DNA from: Psammoneis japonica
Taxonomy: Eukaryota
DNA length: 64,000 bases
Assembly (NCBI GenBank): GCA_008632985.1
Contig: QPGO01000257.1
Coordinates: 1 to 64,000 of the forward strand
Direction: 5' to 3'
In this document: positions 14,610-27,900 of the stretch, piece by piece
Layout of the letters: each line of letters starts with the position of its first letter
Position numbering within the stretch: position 1 is the stretch's first letter
Made by a program: the position numbers and the translations under genes
The notes under the pieces: generated by a model
Databases searched by the model: none
What the model was told of the DNA's origin: nothing
The model's input: only the letters and a program-made list of their open reading frames with translations

Positions 14610-17467
14610 CGTCACATCCACTTGGCATGGACAACAGCCTCCTGGCCACCTGGAGGTGCATTCTCCGCAACAGTGGAGAACCCAATGATGCTTGACTGAT
14701 TCGATGTGTGCAATGACTTGTCCTGAGTTCGACTGTGGATGAGAAACAGATGCGGGTGCGTGTCACTCATCATTTCCAACTAATTTCTTTCGCTGACACC
14801 CCTGTTGTTCCTTTCATTTTCATCAATTGATTCTCTGTTGTGATGTTTTTGGCGTGGCCAACAGCCCAGTTGGTTGAGTTGTGCTTTGGTCCTCGAGATG
14901 CCAGTGACAGAGGGTGGAAAAAAAGTCCAAGCACCAACCCATGTTGGTTTGTGGAGGGTTTTCTCGACCGACTGAGGAAAAAGATTGTGGGTGGTGGTTC
15001 AAATGTGGATTTCCATCATCCATTGTCTGACTGCATGCGTCGAAAGATTTTCTCTGATGTGTTTGTCAGTCGCTGTCCTGTTGTTGCTGAAGGTGCAGAC
15101 CGCTCCCCTCCCATTGTTTGGAACACCCAAGGTTCCAGGATGATGCGTCATTCTGGCGAGTTTAAATCCGTGCACGTTCCTCCAGGTGGGACTCCGCCCA
15201 CTCTCGCCCCGGATTCCTTGGTGGGTCCCCTCAGCAGCGACCGTGATTTGCTGAATTTGAGACAATTTGCCAACCGCGACATGTTCTGGACTTGTGTTGT
15301 GGACAAAGCTCACTGTGATTTTCCCAAGCAGATCAACGTCGGTCAAATCATCGTTGCACGGTGTGTCGCATGTTCTCTTGTGGAAATGAGGAGGGAGAAG
15401 GGCACGGGAAAATTGGTCATGGGCCAAGCGATGAAAAGAGCATGTGACATGAGTTTGTCTCCAGGAATTGAGCTGCTCCATTTTTTCGACTCAAAAGCAA
15501 AATGCTTGACGTTTGTGAAGAACACCATTGGCACTCTCCGCGCAAAGAAGATTCGGGACAAAACACAACCTGAAATCATGTCACATCCACTTGGCATGGA
15601 CAACAGCCTCCTGGCCACCTGGAGGTGCATTCTCCGCAACAGTGGAGAACCCAATGACACACTTGGGTTTGTTCGAACTGGCAGAGACAACTCCGGCGCA
15701 GCAGTCTCTGGACCTGATGTTTCAACCAAGGGCGGCAATTCCAAAGATGAAACAAGGTTGATGGAGGAGCACATTCAAGGAGGAGACGATGTGTCCATGC
15801 TGAAGTTGGCCGCAAAGGGCGTTCTCACGGATGCAGTTTTGGAAAAACTGAGTGTGATCCGAACCTCTTGGACAAACAACCGCATTGATGTTGCCCGTGC
15901 CCTCAAGCAAAGGGAGTCAGACAGTTCTCACCCTTCCCCCGCATGCAATGCCAACCAGGTTTTGCTCCGCAATCTTTGGGGTGAGCAAAGCAACGAGACT
16001 CAGTTGAAGAATGCACAGATTTAGTTGGTGTGTGGCAGCACGCCCTTTTTGTGTTTGTGTTGCAGCCGCAAGCCACCGACTCCGTTCCCGAAATCATTTT
16101 TGTGCTCATGACCCACTCGACAAGCCACACCAACCAACCAATTTTCACGCAAGATCAATCTGGTTGCATGTTGAAGCAGCAAGATTTTTGGATTTTCATG
16201 GCAAGCCCCCCCTCCCCCAAATTTTGTGAATTTTGTCACTGTCTCACAATTTTTCCATTTTTGCTTTTGTCAAATGACGCTGCAGCAACTGGAGCAATTG
16301 ACTTTTTTGAAAGCACGTTGATCACAAGGGAGTTGTCAGATTCGCCGCCACGACCGACGACCATGACGACTGATGACACGACCCCCACACGGCTTTGTGA
16401 CAAGACCTCGGTGGCCGCAAGCTCATTTGGTGAAAACGAGCACGACCCAACAGGAGCACCCAAACAGTCGTTCACCAAATCAGTTTTGCCCCAGCTTCCC
16501 ATGCCTGACAACATTTCCACAGGGCACATTTTGCTTGCAACGAGCCGCTCCTGCGATGACAAAATTGTTTCTGTCGGCCAACAGATGCACAACAAGACAG
16601 GAGACTCGTTGTCCGGTTTTCAATTTTGTGTGCCCGCGGTTCGAAACCAAACCAACAATGTCACCCAGACGTGGATGGCGTGGTCTCGGCAAGCGCTTTG
16701 GGGTCTCGTCGATTGCATTGAAAGATCATCAATGTCTGGCTTGGCATTTTACAATTCAGCTCTCATTTTTTCCCTGGTTGCCGCCAATGGAAATCTTTTT
16801 TTTTTTCCCGTCACCCCAGACTGAAACGGAAGCCTGTCAATTCCTTGTTTTTTCCACTCGGATGTCATTGAATTGTCCATTTGACCGCTGCGACTTTGTG
16901 CAATGCTCCAAGCTAAACCGGTGCAGGACCGCACCGATTTCTCCATGGAGTGGAAATGATGCCATCCATGTCCGCACAATTTATTTCCAAATTGGCTGCC
17001 CCGCCTTCTTCTCTGGCTCCAACCCCACTTTCTTCTCCGGCTGCAAGCAATGACGGTGCACTGCAGCACCGATTTTGCTTTCATCAAACCAGTGCGTCAC
17101 ACGTCTCCTTGATCCCACTTTTTGCGATTGACTCGCTGCGTCACTGTTTTTTTCACTTGAAGTTGTGAGATGCCCCTTGTCTTGTTGAAGCCGGAAGATG
17201 TTGCATTTTCAAGGGAACCTGTTTGTCATTTTTCCACCATCCTGTCACACTTCTCACAATTTCCAAACTTTGGCTGTTCACATCACAAACGGACTCGCCA
17301 CATGTCTTTTCTCACGGACACTGACCCCTCTTGGAAGAGGGAACTCAGCGAAGTTTCTGAGTTGTTTTGTGAGTTGAGAGCAAATCAAACCACCATGAGG
17401 CCCGGCCTCATGAAAACCGCACTTCTCGGAAGCGACGAGGTTGTTGAGGAAGGCGAGATTTGCGAAA

Positions 17468-18198
17468 CAATGGAGGCAAAGAGAAAGGAAATGGAAAAAA
17501 TGAAGAACGCCAGCAAGCCAAAGAAGGACACGCCGCCAACAGGAAGAATGACGGCAGAACAACCCCCACCCATCCAAATGAATTCGTCAAAGAAAAAAAA
17601 ACGTGCAACTGCCCGCGGAACAAAAAACAACAAAAATGAAGTTCAGGCAGTTGGGCACATGCATTGACCACAAAAATGTGTGCGGGAAGCATCGCAGTCT
17701 CAAAATTGCTGCATTGCTGTGAATCCCGCAACATTCATTGTCCACTTTTTGTTTTTGGGTTTGTGGTGATTTTAGCATTCAGTCACTTGTTTCAGGTGTT
17801 GCTTGCAGTCACGCTGTTGGTCACAACATGTGAAAACGATGCTTGACTGATTCGATGTGTGCAATGACTTGTCCTGAGTTCGACTGTGGATGAGAAATGG
17901 ATGCGGGTGCGCATCAATTTGGCATGGTCTGTCCTTCAACCGTGGCCACTTGGCATCGATCAGGTGGGGTCTGTCATTCAACCGGAAGTGTTTCCCACCA
18001 CCTCATAACCCAAACCCTCCCATCCCAAATGCACCACATGCAACGTCACATCCACTTGGCATGGACAACAGCCTCCTGGCCACCTGGAGGTGCATTCTCC
18101 GCAACAGTGGAGAACCCAATGATGCTTGACTGATTCGATGTGTGCAATGACTTGTCCTGAGTTCGACTGTGGATGAGAAACAGATGCGGGTGCGTGTC
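17468..18198 (+). repeat. 731-bp direct duplicate of 14034-14764
   Basis: Apparently identical; joined through the microhomology CAATG. Confidence 0.9.
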
Positions 18199-19299
18199 GA
18201 TTTGGCATGGTCTGTCCTTCAACCGTGGCCACTTGGCATCGATCAGGTGGGGTCTGTCATTCAACTGGAAGCGTTTCCCACCACCTCACAACCCAAACCC
18301 AAACCCTCCCATCCCAAATGCACCACACACAATTGCCTGCAAGGAAATGAAAAACGTGGCGCACAACAAAAAATCTCACCTTCCCAAAAAAGCACCACTG
18401 GGAAAACAAATTTGACCAGATGCAAATGAATCTGTCCAAACAAAGAGCCAAACAGAACCTCCCCTGTGTTCAAAGCATGTTTGGTCAGTTGGTGTGCAAC
18501 GCAAATTGACAAGGAGACCTGAGTGAGATCTGCTTTGCAGCCGGTGTCGGAGCATTTGGACTTGTGTTCCACCAAGGCCCATGATGACTTTGTTCCAAGA
18601 CCCGTGAGGTCTTTCATTGTTTCGCAAATCTCGCCTTCCTCAACAACCTCGTCGCTTCCGAGAAGTGCGGTTTTCATGAGGCCGGGCCTCATGGTGGTTT
18701 GATTTGCTCTCAACTCACAAAACAACTCAGAAACTTCGCTGAGTTCCCTCTTCCAAGAGGGGTCAGTGTCCGTGAGAAAAGACATGTGGCGAGTCCGTTT
18801 GTGATGTGAACAGCCAAAGTTTGGAAATTGTGAGAAGTGTGACAGGATGGTGGAAAAATGACAAACAGGTTCCCTGAAAATGCAACATCTTCCGGCTTCA
18901 ACAAGACAAGGGGCATCTTACAACTTCAAGTGAAAAAAACAGTGACGCAGCGAGTCAATCGCAAAAAGTGGGATCAAGGAGACGTGTGACGCACTGGTTT
19001 GATGAAAGCAAAATCGGTGCTGCAGTGCACCGTCATTGCTTGCAGCCGGAGAAGAAAGTGGGGTTGGAGCCAGAGAAGAAGGCGGGGCAGCCAATTTGGA
19101 AATAAATTGTGCAGACATGGATGGCATCATTTCCACTCCATGGAGAAATCGGTGCGGTCCCTGCACCGTTTAGCTTGGAGCATTGCACAAAGTCGCAGCG
19201 GTCAAATGGACAATTCAATGACATCCGAGTGGAAAAAACAAGGAATTGACAGGCTTCCGTTCAGTCTGGGGTGACGGGAAAAAAAAAAAGATTTCCGTT

Positions 19300-19750
19300 G
19301 GCGGCAACCAGGGAAAAAATGAGAGCTGAATTGTAAAATGCCAAGCCAGACATTGATGATCTTTCAATGCAATCGACGAGACCCCAAAGCGCTTGCCGAG
19401 ACCACGCCATCCCGTCTGGGTGACATTGTTGGTTTGGTTTCGAACCGCGGGCACACAAAATTGAAAACCGGGCAACGAGTCTCCTGTCTTGTTGTGCATC
19501 TGTTGGCCGACAGAAACAATTTTGTCATCGCAGGAGCGGCTCGTTGCAAGCAAAATGTGCCCTGTGGAAATGTTGTCAGGCATGGGAAGCTGGGGCGAAG
19601 CTGATTTTGTGAACGACTGTTTGGGTGTTCCTGTTGGGTCGTGCTCGTTTTCACCAAATGAGCTTGCGGCCACCGAGGTCTTGTCACAAAGCCGTGTGGG
19701 GGTCGTGTCATCAGTCGTCATGGTCGTCGGTGGCGGCGTCGAATCTGACA
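19300..19750 (-). pseudogene. Third fragment of the STGH family (DNISTGHILL...GFQFCVPAVRN); inverted copy at about 16350-16800
   Basis: Motif similarity to L1 and L2. Confidence 0.45.
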
Positions 19751-20059
19751 ACTCCCTTGTGGTCAACGTGCTTTCAAAAAAGTCAATTGCTCCAGTTGCT
19801 GCAGCGTCGTTTGACAAAAGCAAAAATGGAAAAATTGTGAGACAGTGACAAAATTCACAAAATTTGGGGAGGGGGGGCTTGCCATGAAAATCCAAAAATC
19901 TTGCTGCTTCAACATGCAACCAGATTGATCTTGCGTGAAAATTGGTGGTTGGTGTGGCTTGTCGAGTGGGTCATGAGCACAAAAATGATTTCGGGAACGG
20001 AGTCGGTGGCTTGCGGCTGCAACACAAACACAAAAAGGGCGTGCTGCCACACACCAACC

Positions 20060-23000
20060 AAATCTGTGCATTCTTCAACTGAGTCTCGTTGCTTTGCTCG
20101 CCCCAAAGATTGCGAAGCAAAACCTGGTTGGCATTGCGTGCGGGGGAAGGGTGAGAACTGTCCGACTCCCTTTGCTTGAGGGCACGGGCAACATCAATGC
20201 GGTTGTTTGTCCAAGAGGTTCGGATCACACTCAGTTTTTCCAAAACTGCATTCGTGAGAACGCCCTTTGCGGCCAACTTCAGCATGGACACATCGTCTCC
20301 TCCTTGAATGTGCTCCTCCATCAACCTTGTTTCATCTTGGAATTGCCGCCCTTGTTGAAACATCAGGTCCAGAGACTGCTGCGCCGGTGTTGTCTCTGCC
20401 AGTTCGAACAAACCCAAACATGTCATTGGGTTCTCCGCTGTTGCGGAGAATGCACCTCCAGGTGGCCAGGAGGCTGTTGTCCATGCCAAGTGGATGTGAC
20501 ATGATTTCAGGTTGTGTTTCGTCCCGAATCTTCTTTGCGCGGAGAGCGCCAATGGTGTTCTTCACAAACGTCAAGCATTTTGCTTTTGAGTCGAAAAAAT
20601 GGAGCAGCTCAATTCCTGGAGACAAACTCATGTCACATGCTCTTTTCATCGCTTGGCCCATGACCAATTTTCCCGTGCCCTTCTCCCTCCTCATTTCCAC
20701 AAGAGAACATGCGACACACCGTGCGACGATGATTTGACCGACGTTGATCTGCTTGGGAAAATCACAGTGAGCTTTGTCCACAAGACAAGCCCAGAACATG
20801 TCGCGGTTGACAAATTGTCTCAAATTCAGCAAATCACGGTCGCTGCTGAGGGGACCCACCAAGGAATCCGGGGCGAGAGCAGGCGGAGTCCCACCTGGAG
20901 GAATGTGCACGGATTTAAACTCGCCAGAGTGACGCATCATCCTGGAACCTTGGGTGTTCCAAACAATGGGAGGGGAGCGGTCTGCACCTTCAGCAACAAC
21001 AGGACAGCGACTGACAAACACATCAGAGAAAATCTTTCGACGCATGCAGTCAGACAATGGATGATGGAATCCACATTTGAACCACCACCCACAATCTTTT
21101 TCCTCAGTCGGTCGAGAAAACCCTCCACAAACCAACATGGGTTGGTGCTTGGACTTTTTTTCCACCCTCTGTCACTGGCATCTCGAGGACCAAAGCACAA
21201 CTCAACCAACTGGGCTGTTGACCACGCCAAAAACATCACAACAGAGAATCAATTGATGAAAATGAAAGGAACAACAGGGGTGTCAGCGAAAGAAATTAGT
21301 TGGAAATGATGAGTGCCAGCCAACAAATCGGTGGGACATGCAGCGCATCGATGATGAAGCGGTCTGTCCGTCGACAAATGCCGGATCGGTGCGGCGTGGC
21401 ATCGATCTGGCGGTCGTCTGTCCATGGTGCGACCACGGTTGCCCCATCGAGACGGCGGGGTTTCGATTTGGCAGTGGTCGGTGTGACATGCCGCGCATCG
21501 ATGATGCAGCGGTCTGTCCATCGACAAATGGCGGATCGGCGCGGTGTGGCATCGATCCGGCGATCGTCTGTCCATGGTGCGACCACGGTTGCGGAATCGA
21601 GACAGGGTGTGTCGATTTGGCGGAGGACAGGGAATGACGAAAAACTCACATTCTCTCACAACAGCATGGGAGCAGTGCTTGAAATGAGTGGACTGTTGGT
21701 TCCGGGACATGAACTCGAGGGCGTCGGAAAGAGTCGTTGGAAACTGCGAAAAATCTGTCAACACGTTTGGCCATTCCCGGGGTGCACCACTGCCGGCGGA
21801 AGTTTTCGAAGTGACAAGCTTGCAATGCCATTCCTTGTCATGCACATGGACAACAACCGTGCGCAGTTGTGAAACAAGACGTTGGATTGACTCAGAAGAC
21901 CGGGTCATGAGAACATCCAGATCGGGTTCTTCGAACAAACCACAATCGGGTCGGACTGCAAGATTGACGTTTTCTGCCAGGTCGGCGTCGTCGGAGTTGC
22001 TGCTGTGGATGAGAAGGTGTTTTATCCTGCCGCCATGCTCCACATGCTGAAGCGGACATGTCATGACAGTGGACAGAAGCGCCGCCTTGATTCTTGAGCA
22101 CGACTGTGTTTTGATCGCAATGTTGGACCGTTCATTAAGTCGGATTGTGTTGGCAGCTTTCAGAGGCAACAATTTGGGGTCAACCCCATGTTCACAACAG
22201 GTCCAAAGCTTTTCCTCTTGTGAAAGTTCTGTTCGGCAATGTACGGGAACGTCGTGTGGTCCACTCGTCACGTCCTTCATTGCAATCTCGAGGATTTTTG
22301 GGGTGAAGAAACCCGGCCAGCAGAGCAGGACTGCAAGCTCAGCTTTGGAACAAATGGCAGTCCTGGCTTCAGCGCTGAAGGAACGAACATCCACTTGTTC
22401 GACGGTGTCGTCGGTCGAACCGAGATCACACGAAGCAAGCTTTCGAAGACAAGGGAAACATCGTTCGCGGAGTGATTCACAGCAGTTCCTGACTTGGCTT
22501 TCCTGGGCCACTCGGATTGCCCCCATGGGATTGAACAGAGATGGCCAGTCCGGTGCCGTGGCAGCGACAGAATCGCTGTCATTGTGATGCTCTGATTGTT
22601 GGAGAAGGCAATCCAATGTGTTTCCCGCAACTGCGCAGCAACCTTCAAAACGAACACCCCTCTCATCGAAAGTCACCATCTGGTCAAGGGCGTGGGTCAT
22701 GATGTCCTCCATTTCATCGATCAATTTAGACAAACTGATGCTGTTGCGATTTGACTGCACCTGTGCCGAATCACCCAACAAAAGGGACTCTACGAGCACC
22801 GGGAGACTCCCAAATGCCCTGCCCCAATTGGAGCGATTCAGGTCTCTGGTCCAGTTTCGAATCGCGGGCATGTGCACTTGACACCCAGCCAGAACATGTC
22901 CAGCCCTCGGGTCCAAAAGGCAATCAACGTCATCATCGTCGTCGTCATGATCACGCAGGCGGCACTTTTTTGTGAGAATGTGACCTGTTGAAATGTTGCC

Positions 23001-24569
23001 AAACTTTTCTTTCGTGACTAGCTGAGAATGTTGATTGCCCTCGAAACCACGCCCAAGGGCTTCCCATTCATCCAGGATGTGCAGGGAATCAGCGGCTTCC
23101 GGAACATGATCCTCGTCTGAAACGTTGCCATCGGCGGGGTGTCCAGTGGCTTCAACATCCTGGTCCAACATGTCCTCAATCTGGCCATCGTTTGGCTGAG
23201 CGGGCAGAATGGACGAATCGTGGTTTTCCCCGGTTCGTTCTTCCTGCATCATTTCTTTCACTTGTGTGGCAGCAGAATCAAGTTTCAAGAGAAAAGACAC
23301 GTCTTTGTCGGGCAAAATGTTGGCTCCAAAGTCAATGAAGAACAGGCTTTGTTCTGCGTTTTTGATTGCTTTTGCATCAAGGACATTTGCAGCACATTTG
23401 AGCAAGTCGGTCATGTGCTGCACACACTCGTTGTGCGTGTCTGCTGCGTTGGTTGCTGTTGCGCCCACCTCAATGCACGAGATGTGCTCGCCACTGCCAC
23501 TGCATGACGTCTTTGTCCCCACTGCTTGTGCGGTGAGGAGGCAGTTCTCCTTCAAATCCTTTGCGGCCGCCAGCAAATCAGCGGCAGAAAAATGCTTTTT
23601 GCGATCAAACCCCGTTTCCATGTGATTCCAAATGCCCTCTGCCGCGTCCAACCCACGTCCTCCGACGCAATCTTGGTCAAAACCTCAAACACAGCAGAGA
23701 AGTAAAATTGCGCAAAATGTCCCCTGATTTTGTTGTAAGAACCAAGCCTTTTCATTCTTTGTTGTTGTCCCTGTGCTTGCTTTCGGGTGCTTCGAATGGG
23801 GAAAAATCCGACAGCTGCTTTCGGACAATTCTCTGCCAAATTGTTTGTTGTTCTGTTTCCTCACCGACTTCGTCTTCAGGAGGAAAAAGAGCTGATGACT
23901 TTCCAAACGTTTGCAGTGTTTTCTGGCAAGGTTCAGGCAAACATTCAGAACAGCAATCAGCTCGTCTGTGAAGCAAGGCTTGTCTGGAACGCAGTGACAG
24001 CCGACATGGTGAAGACAGATGAAGATGTCGACTCCAGCATGAGCGGTCTTGACAATGCCCAATTGAATGTGGGGCAGGTCGGACAGAGGAACCTGCTTGG
24101 GAACCAAGCCCCTGACACGAACTGGCAAGTCTCCAGGCTCTCCACAAACAGCAAAACGCCCTTTGCTGTTGACCTTCAGCCCATCTGTGAGGGAATTCAA
24201 ATGCAACTCTGCATGAACACCCTTGCAAACCACCTGCATGAACTCGTCGGCGTCGACACTCGCACCGTAGATGGAATCTGCATCTTTGTGTAAAAAAATG
24301 ATGTCGCCAGCTCTCAATTTTCTGTGCGGAAACAGCTCCGTGACAGTGTCAATCTCCTCGTCCGCAGTGATTGTCCGATGCTCCGGCAGTTCGATTGGAC
24401 CGCCTTGCAATCGTTCGCATTCTGCAACCATTTGTTCAAATGCGAGCCTCTTTGCCTCCTCATCATTTGAAGCGTCATAGATTGTTCGAAACAAATTTTT
24501 CATGGTGGTGACATGTCCACACTTTTGGATCATGGACATGACAAGATCGCAGCGGGTTGGTTCGTCCAT
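20060..24569 (-). pseudogene. Left-hand gene paralog L2 (multi-exon, frameshifted)
   Basis: ORFs 23685-24596, 21249-23651, 20937-21239 and 20332-21165. The intron at about 21648-21213 is at the same position as in L1. The next exon CFGPRDASDRGWKKSP is homologous to L1. Confidence 0.65.
21331..21620. repeat. 150-bp tandem duplication inside the L2 intron
   Basis: gacatg...gcatcgatgatg...cgaccacggttgc at 21335 and 21485. Confidence 0.9.
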
Positions 24570-24917
24570 CTTGAAACAGGAAATGGATGCGGGCACGCAT
24601 CTGTTTGTCGAATGGGAAGGTCCGGTTTCTGGTTGGCCAAGTTGACATTAAAAAAAAAGCAGTCAGCAGGGGGCGAAATCGATGCGATCCCGCATCGACA
24701 TGGTCTCAGGCGAAATTTTCATTGCATCGAATCGGAGAGGATGTCAGTTGTACAGCAAAGGAAACCAATGCGTCGCTCAACGGAAAAGTGATGACGCGGC
24801 ATTTGTCAATTAACGAATCAAATCACAATTCACGCGGGTTGCGTCCATCACGCGGGAAAAAGGCAACAAACACGAACAAAACAACGAAAACGAAACACAA
24901 AAAGAAGACACAACACC

Positions 24918-27900
24918 ATGAACGTGCCGAGCTCGTCGCTCACAGCACAAGACGATCCCGGCGGTAACTGTCATCATGCACCAACAGGCACAACTGTGAA
25001 AACTTGCTGCAGGGGGGAGGACGGTGCCGATTGGGTGTTTGTGGATGCCTTGCCTTGCGAGTTTAAAGAAAACGAGGAAAAAGGGGGCACTCACAACGAA
25101 ATCTGCGACTGGTGGAAGGAGGACGATTGCCATGGCATTCGTTTGCGGTTCAACAAGAAATGGGTGGCCAAGGGCAAAAATGCCAAACTGAAATGGTGAG
25201 CATGCGTTGATTCCCGGTTCCTGGTTCCATTGTTGAAGTTTGTGACCGTGCGTCACTGCATCCGGCATTGTAAAAGCATCTGTCCGACGTTGCGTGTTGC
25301 GCGAGATGGAGACGATGCCGTCTCCATTTCACACGGTCTGTCCGTCACCAAGTTTGTTTGGAAAAATTGACACGTGCCCGCACCGACCATGCACCGGCGT
25401 GAGGATGTCTGTCTGACACAGCGTGTTGTGCAAAATAGAGACGACGCCGTCTCTGTTTCTCACCAGGGCGACAAGAGTTGCCAAACGACATTTTGACCTT
25501 TTTTCCCTTGTGCAACCAACAGCAAACAGGCGTTGAGATTCCACGCAGCCATCAGCGAGGACGACAGGGAAATGATGAAAGACCCAATCGGCGAAGAATG
25601 TGCAATTGGAAATTTGGTGGGAACCTTGATGTTGCGAGAGATGGGCAGTCCTGGGTGTGTGGCAGCAGCCCACAACAAAATCACACCGATTGATGAAGAA
25701 TTGACAGTGGAGCAGGTGCACACCATTTTCAGGGTCATTTGTGGCAAAGTGATCGTGAAGGACGCAACAGTGCCAAAGAATCCGATGGGGGATGTGAGAT
25801 CAGATGACGAGTGCTTCAAGAAATTGGAGCCACTGTCATGTCCCCTGTCGAAAGGTGTCCCCTACAAACTGAAGGAATTCACCAACGAAGATTGGGAAAA
25901 ACTGATGAACAAACGAAAGAACAACAGAGAAAAGGGGGCAGACATGGGAGATTGCTTCGACAGGGTCAACGCAAACGTCAGTCCGGTGGTCATCTCTCTG
26001 TTCGCGGGGGTGACTTGTGCAAGAAACCGCGATGTTGCAGCCATGTGTCCTCTCAGTCAACCAGATGTCAACCAAAGGCATGCCAACAACGAAAAGATCT
26101 ACAACCCAGATTACAACCCGCTGGCGCCAGTCTCCGACAAGAACCGTGTGGGGACTTTGCAGAGTGCGCATGGGCTTTCCAGCAAATCATTCAACATTGT
26201 GCCGCACACAGTGACGCCCTCGTGGTCACACACAAAACTGCAAAATTTGGAAAGGTGCTTCCGGCACATGAGCTCTGCCGTGATTGCAGCGAACCAAGTT
26301 CGAGCAATGCCGGCGCATCCTTTGTTGCCGAGGAACACGCGCTCGGGCTGTTTGCATTGCTCACACACGCCAAGATGGAGGGCGACAATGCGGGCACAAG
26401 GGTGCAATTGATGAATGTGAAAGACAACTGGAGCAGTCGGCAGAAGGGACTTTTCCTGACATGCACACTTCATGTGCTTTTGGATCAACAATGCAATTCT
26501 TTGAGGAAGATGGCAAATTTTGAATCCTTGCACAAAAGATTGCGAAACATCTTGTGCCGAACTTTTGTCATTCAAAACGCAAATTTCGCCCCTTTCACAC
26601 ACTACAAGAACAAGACGACACGCAACAAATCCATTCTCGTGTTGGAATGCAAGCTGATGTCACAAGCAATTGCAGCCATTCGGAACTCCTTCCTCGATGG
26701 ACAGCACCGCGTGTTGGGCGTTGACCTGGCACTGATGCAGATGTTTCCCCCAAGGCAATTCAGTGAGTTGTTGGGGAAAAAATTGAATTGTGAAGAACAA
26801 GCACTCATGGACAGGATGTCNNNNNNNNNNNNNNNNNNNNNNNNNNNNNNNNNNNNNNNNNNNNNNNNNNNNNNNNNNNNNNNNNNNNNNNNNNNNNNNN
26901 NNNNNNNNNNNNNNNNNNNNNNNNNNNNNNNNNNNNNNNNNNNNNNNNNNNNNNNNNNNNNNNNNNNNNNNNNNNNNNNNNNNNNNNNNNNNNNNNNNNN
27001 NNNNNNNNNNNNNNNNNNNNNNNNNNNNNNNNNNNNNNNNNNNNNNNNNNNNNNNNNNNNNNNNNNNNNNNNNNNNNNNNNNNNNNNNNNNNNNNNNNNN
27101 NNNNNNNNNNNNNNNNNNNNNNNNNNNNNNNNNNNNNNNNNNNNNNNNNNNNNNNNNNNNNNNNNNNNNNNNNNNNNNNNNNNNNNNNNNNNNNNNNNNN
27201 NNNNNNNNNNNNNNNNNNNNNNNNNNNNNNNNNNNNNNNNNNNNNNNNNNNNNNNNNNNNNNNNNNNNNNNNNNNNNNNNNNNNNNNNNNNNNNNNNNNN
27301 NNNNNNNNNNNNNNNNNNNNNNNNNNNNNNNNNNNNNNNNNNNNNNNNNNNNNNNNNNNNNNNNNNNNNNNNNNNNNNNNNNNNNNNNNNNNNNNNNNNN
27401 NNNNNNNNNNNNNNNNNNNNNNNNNNNNNNNCCAATCTGAACCCACCCTGCCGGAGGGATTGCGATTTTCGTTTGCGACGGAATTGGAGAAGGAGAAGAT
27501 GGAAAAGTCCTTCGCGACTGCACAGTGCTGAACAATTTGGCTGAAAACGTGCAGGGAGAGGTGATGGGCCTGTCAACGGAGTTCCTGAAGGCGGAAACCG
27601 CTGACAATGATGGACACACGGCAAGACAATTCCTTGCTTTGGGATCCCACCATGATTTCATTCTCGAGAAACGGTGCTTGACATTTGCTCAATCACTCCT
27701 TTCCCGCAACATTGCAGGGAACGAAAAGGGGCAAATTACATTCGGTGAGTGTCAGAGCAACGGAAACACATGACAAGTGAAAACCGCGAATTGTTTGGTC
27801 GTGTGCCTGATGACAAATTTTTTTTCTTTTCTTTTTGAAGGGAATTTTTGCAAATCTCAACAAAACCGATGTTTCCAAGAGCGGTTTGCCCAAAGCCGCA

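Larger units (their letters stand above)
14764..21315. repeat. Large inverted repeat, arms 14764-17472 and 18615-21315 (~2.7 kb each)
   Basis: Reverse-complement match; the same ORFs appear on opposite strands (14840+ vs 20332/20937-; 16030+ vs 19215-). Confidence 0.92.

Noticed and set aside
14404..18332. CRISPR-like repeat-spacer array
   Set aside because: The repeats are ~210 bp with only two units per site, there are no cas genes, and the context is eukaryotic.
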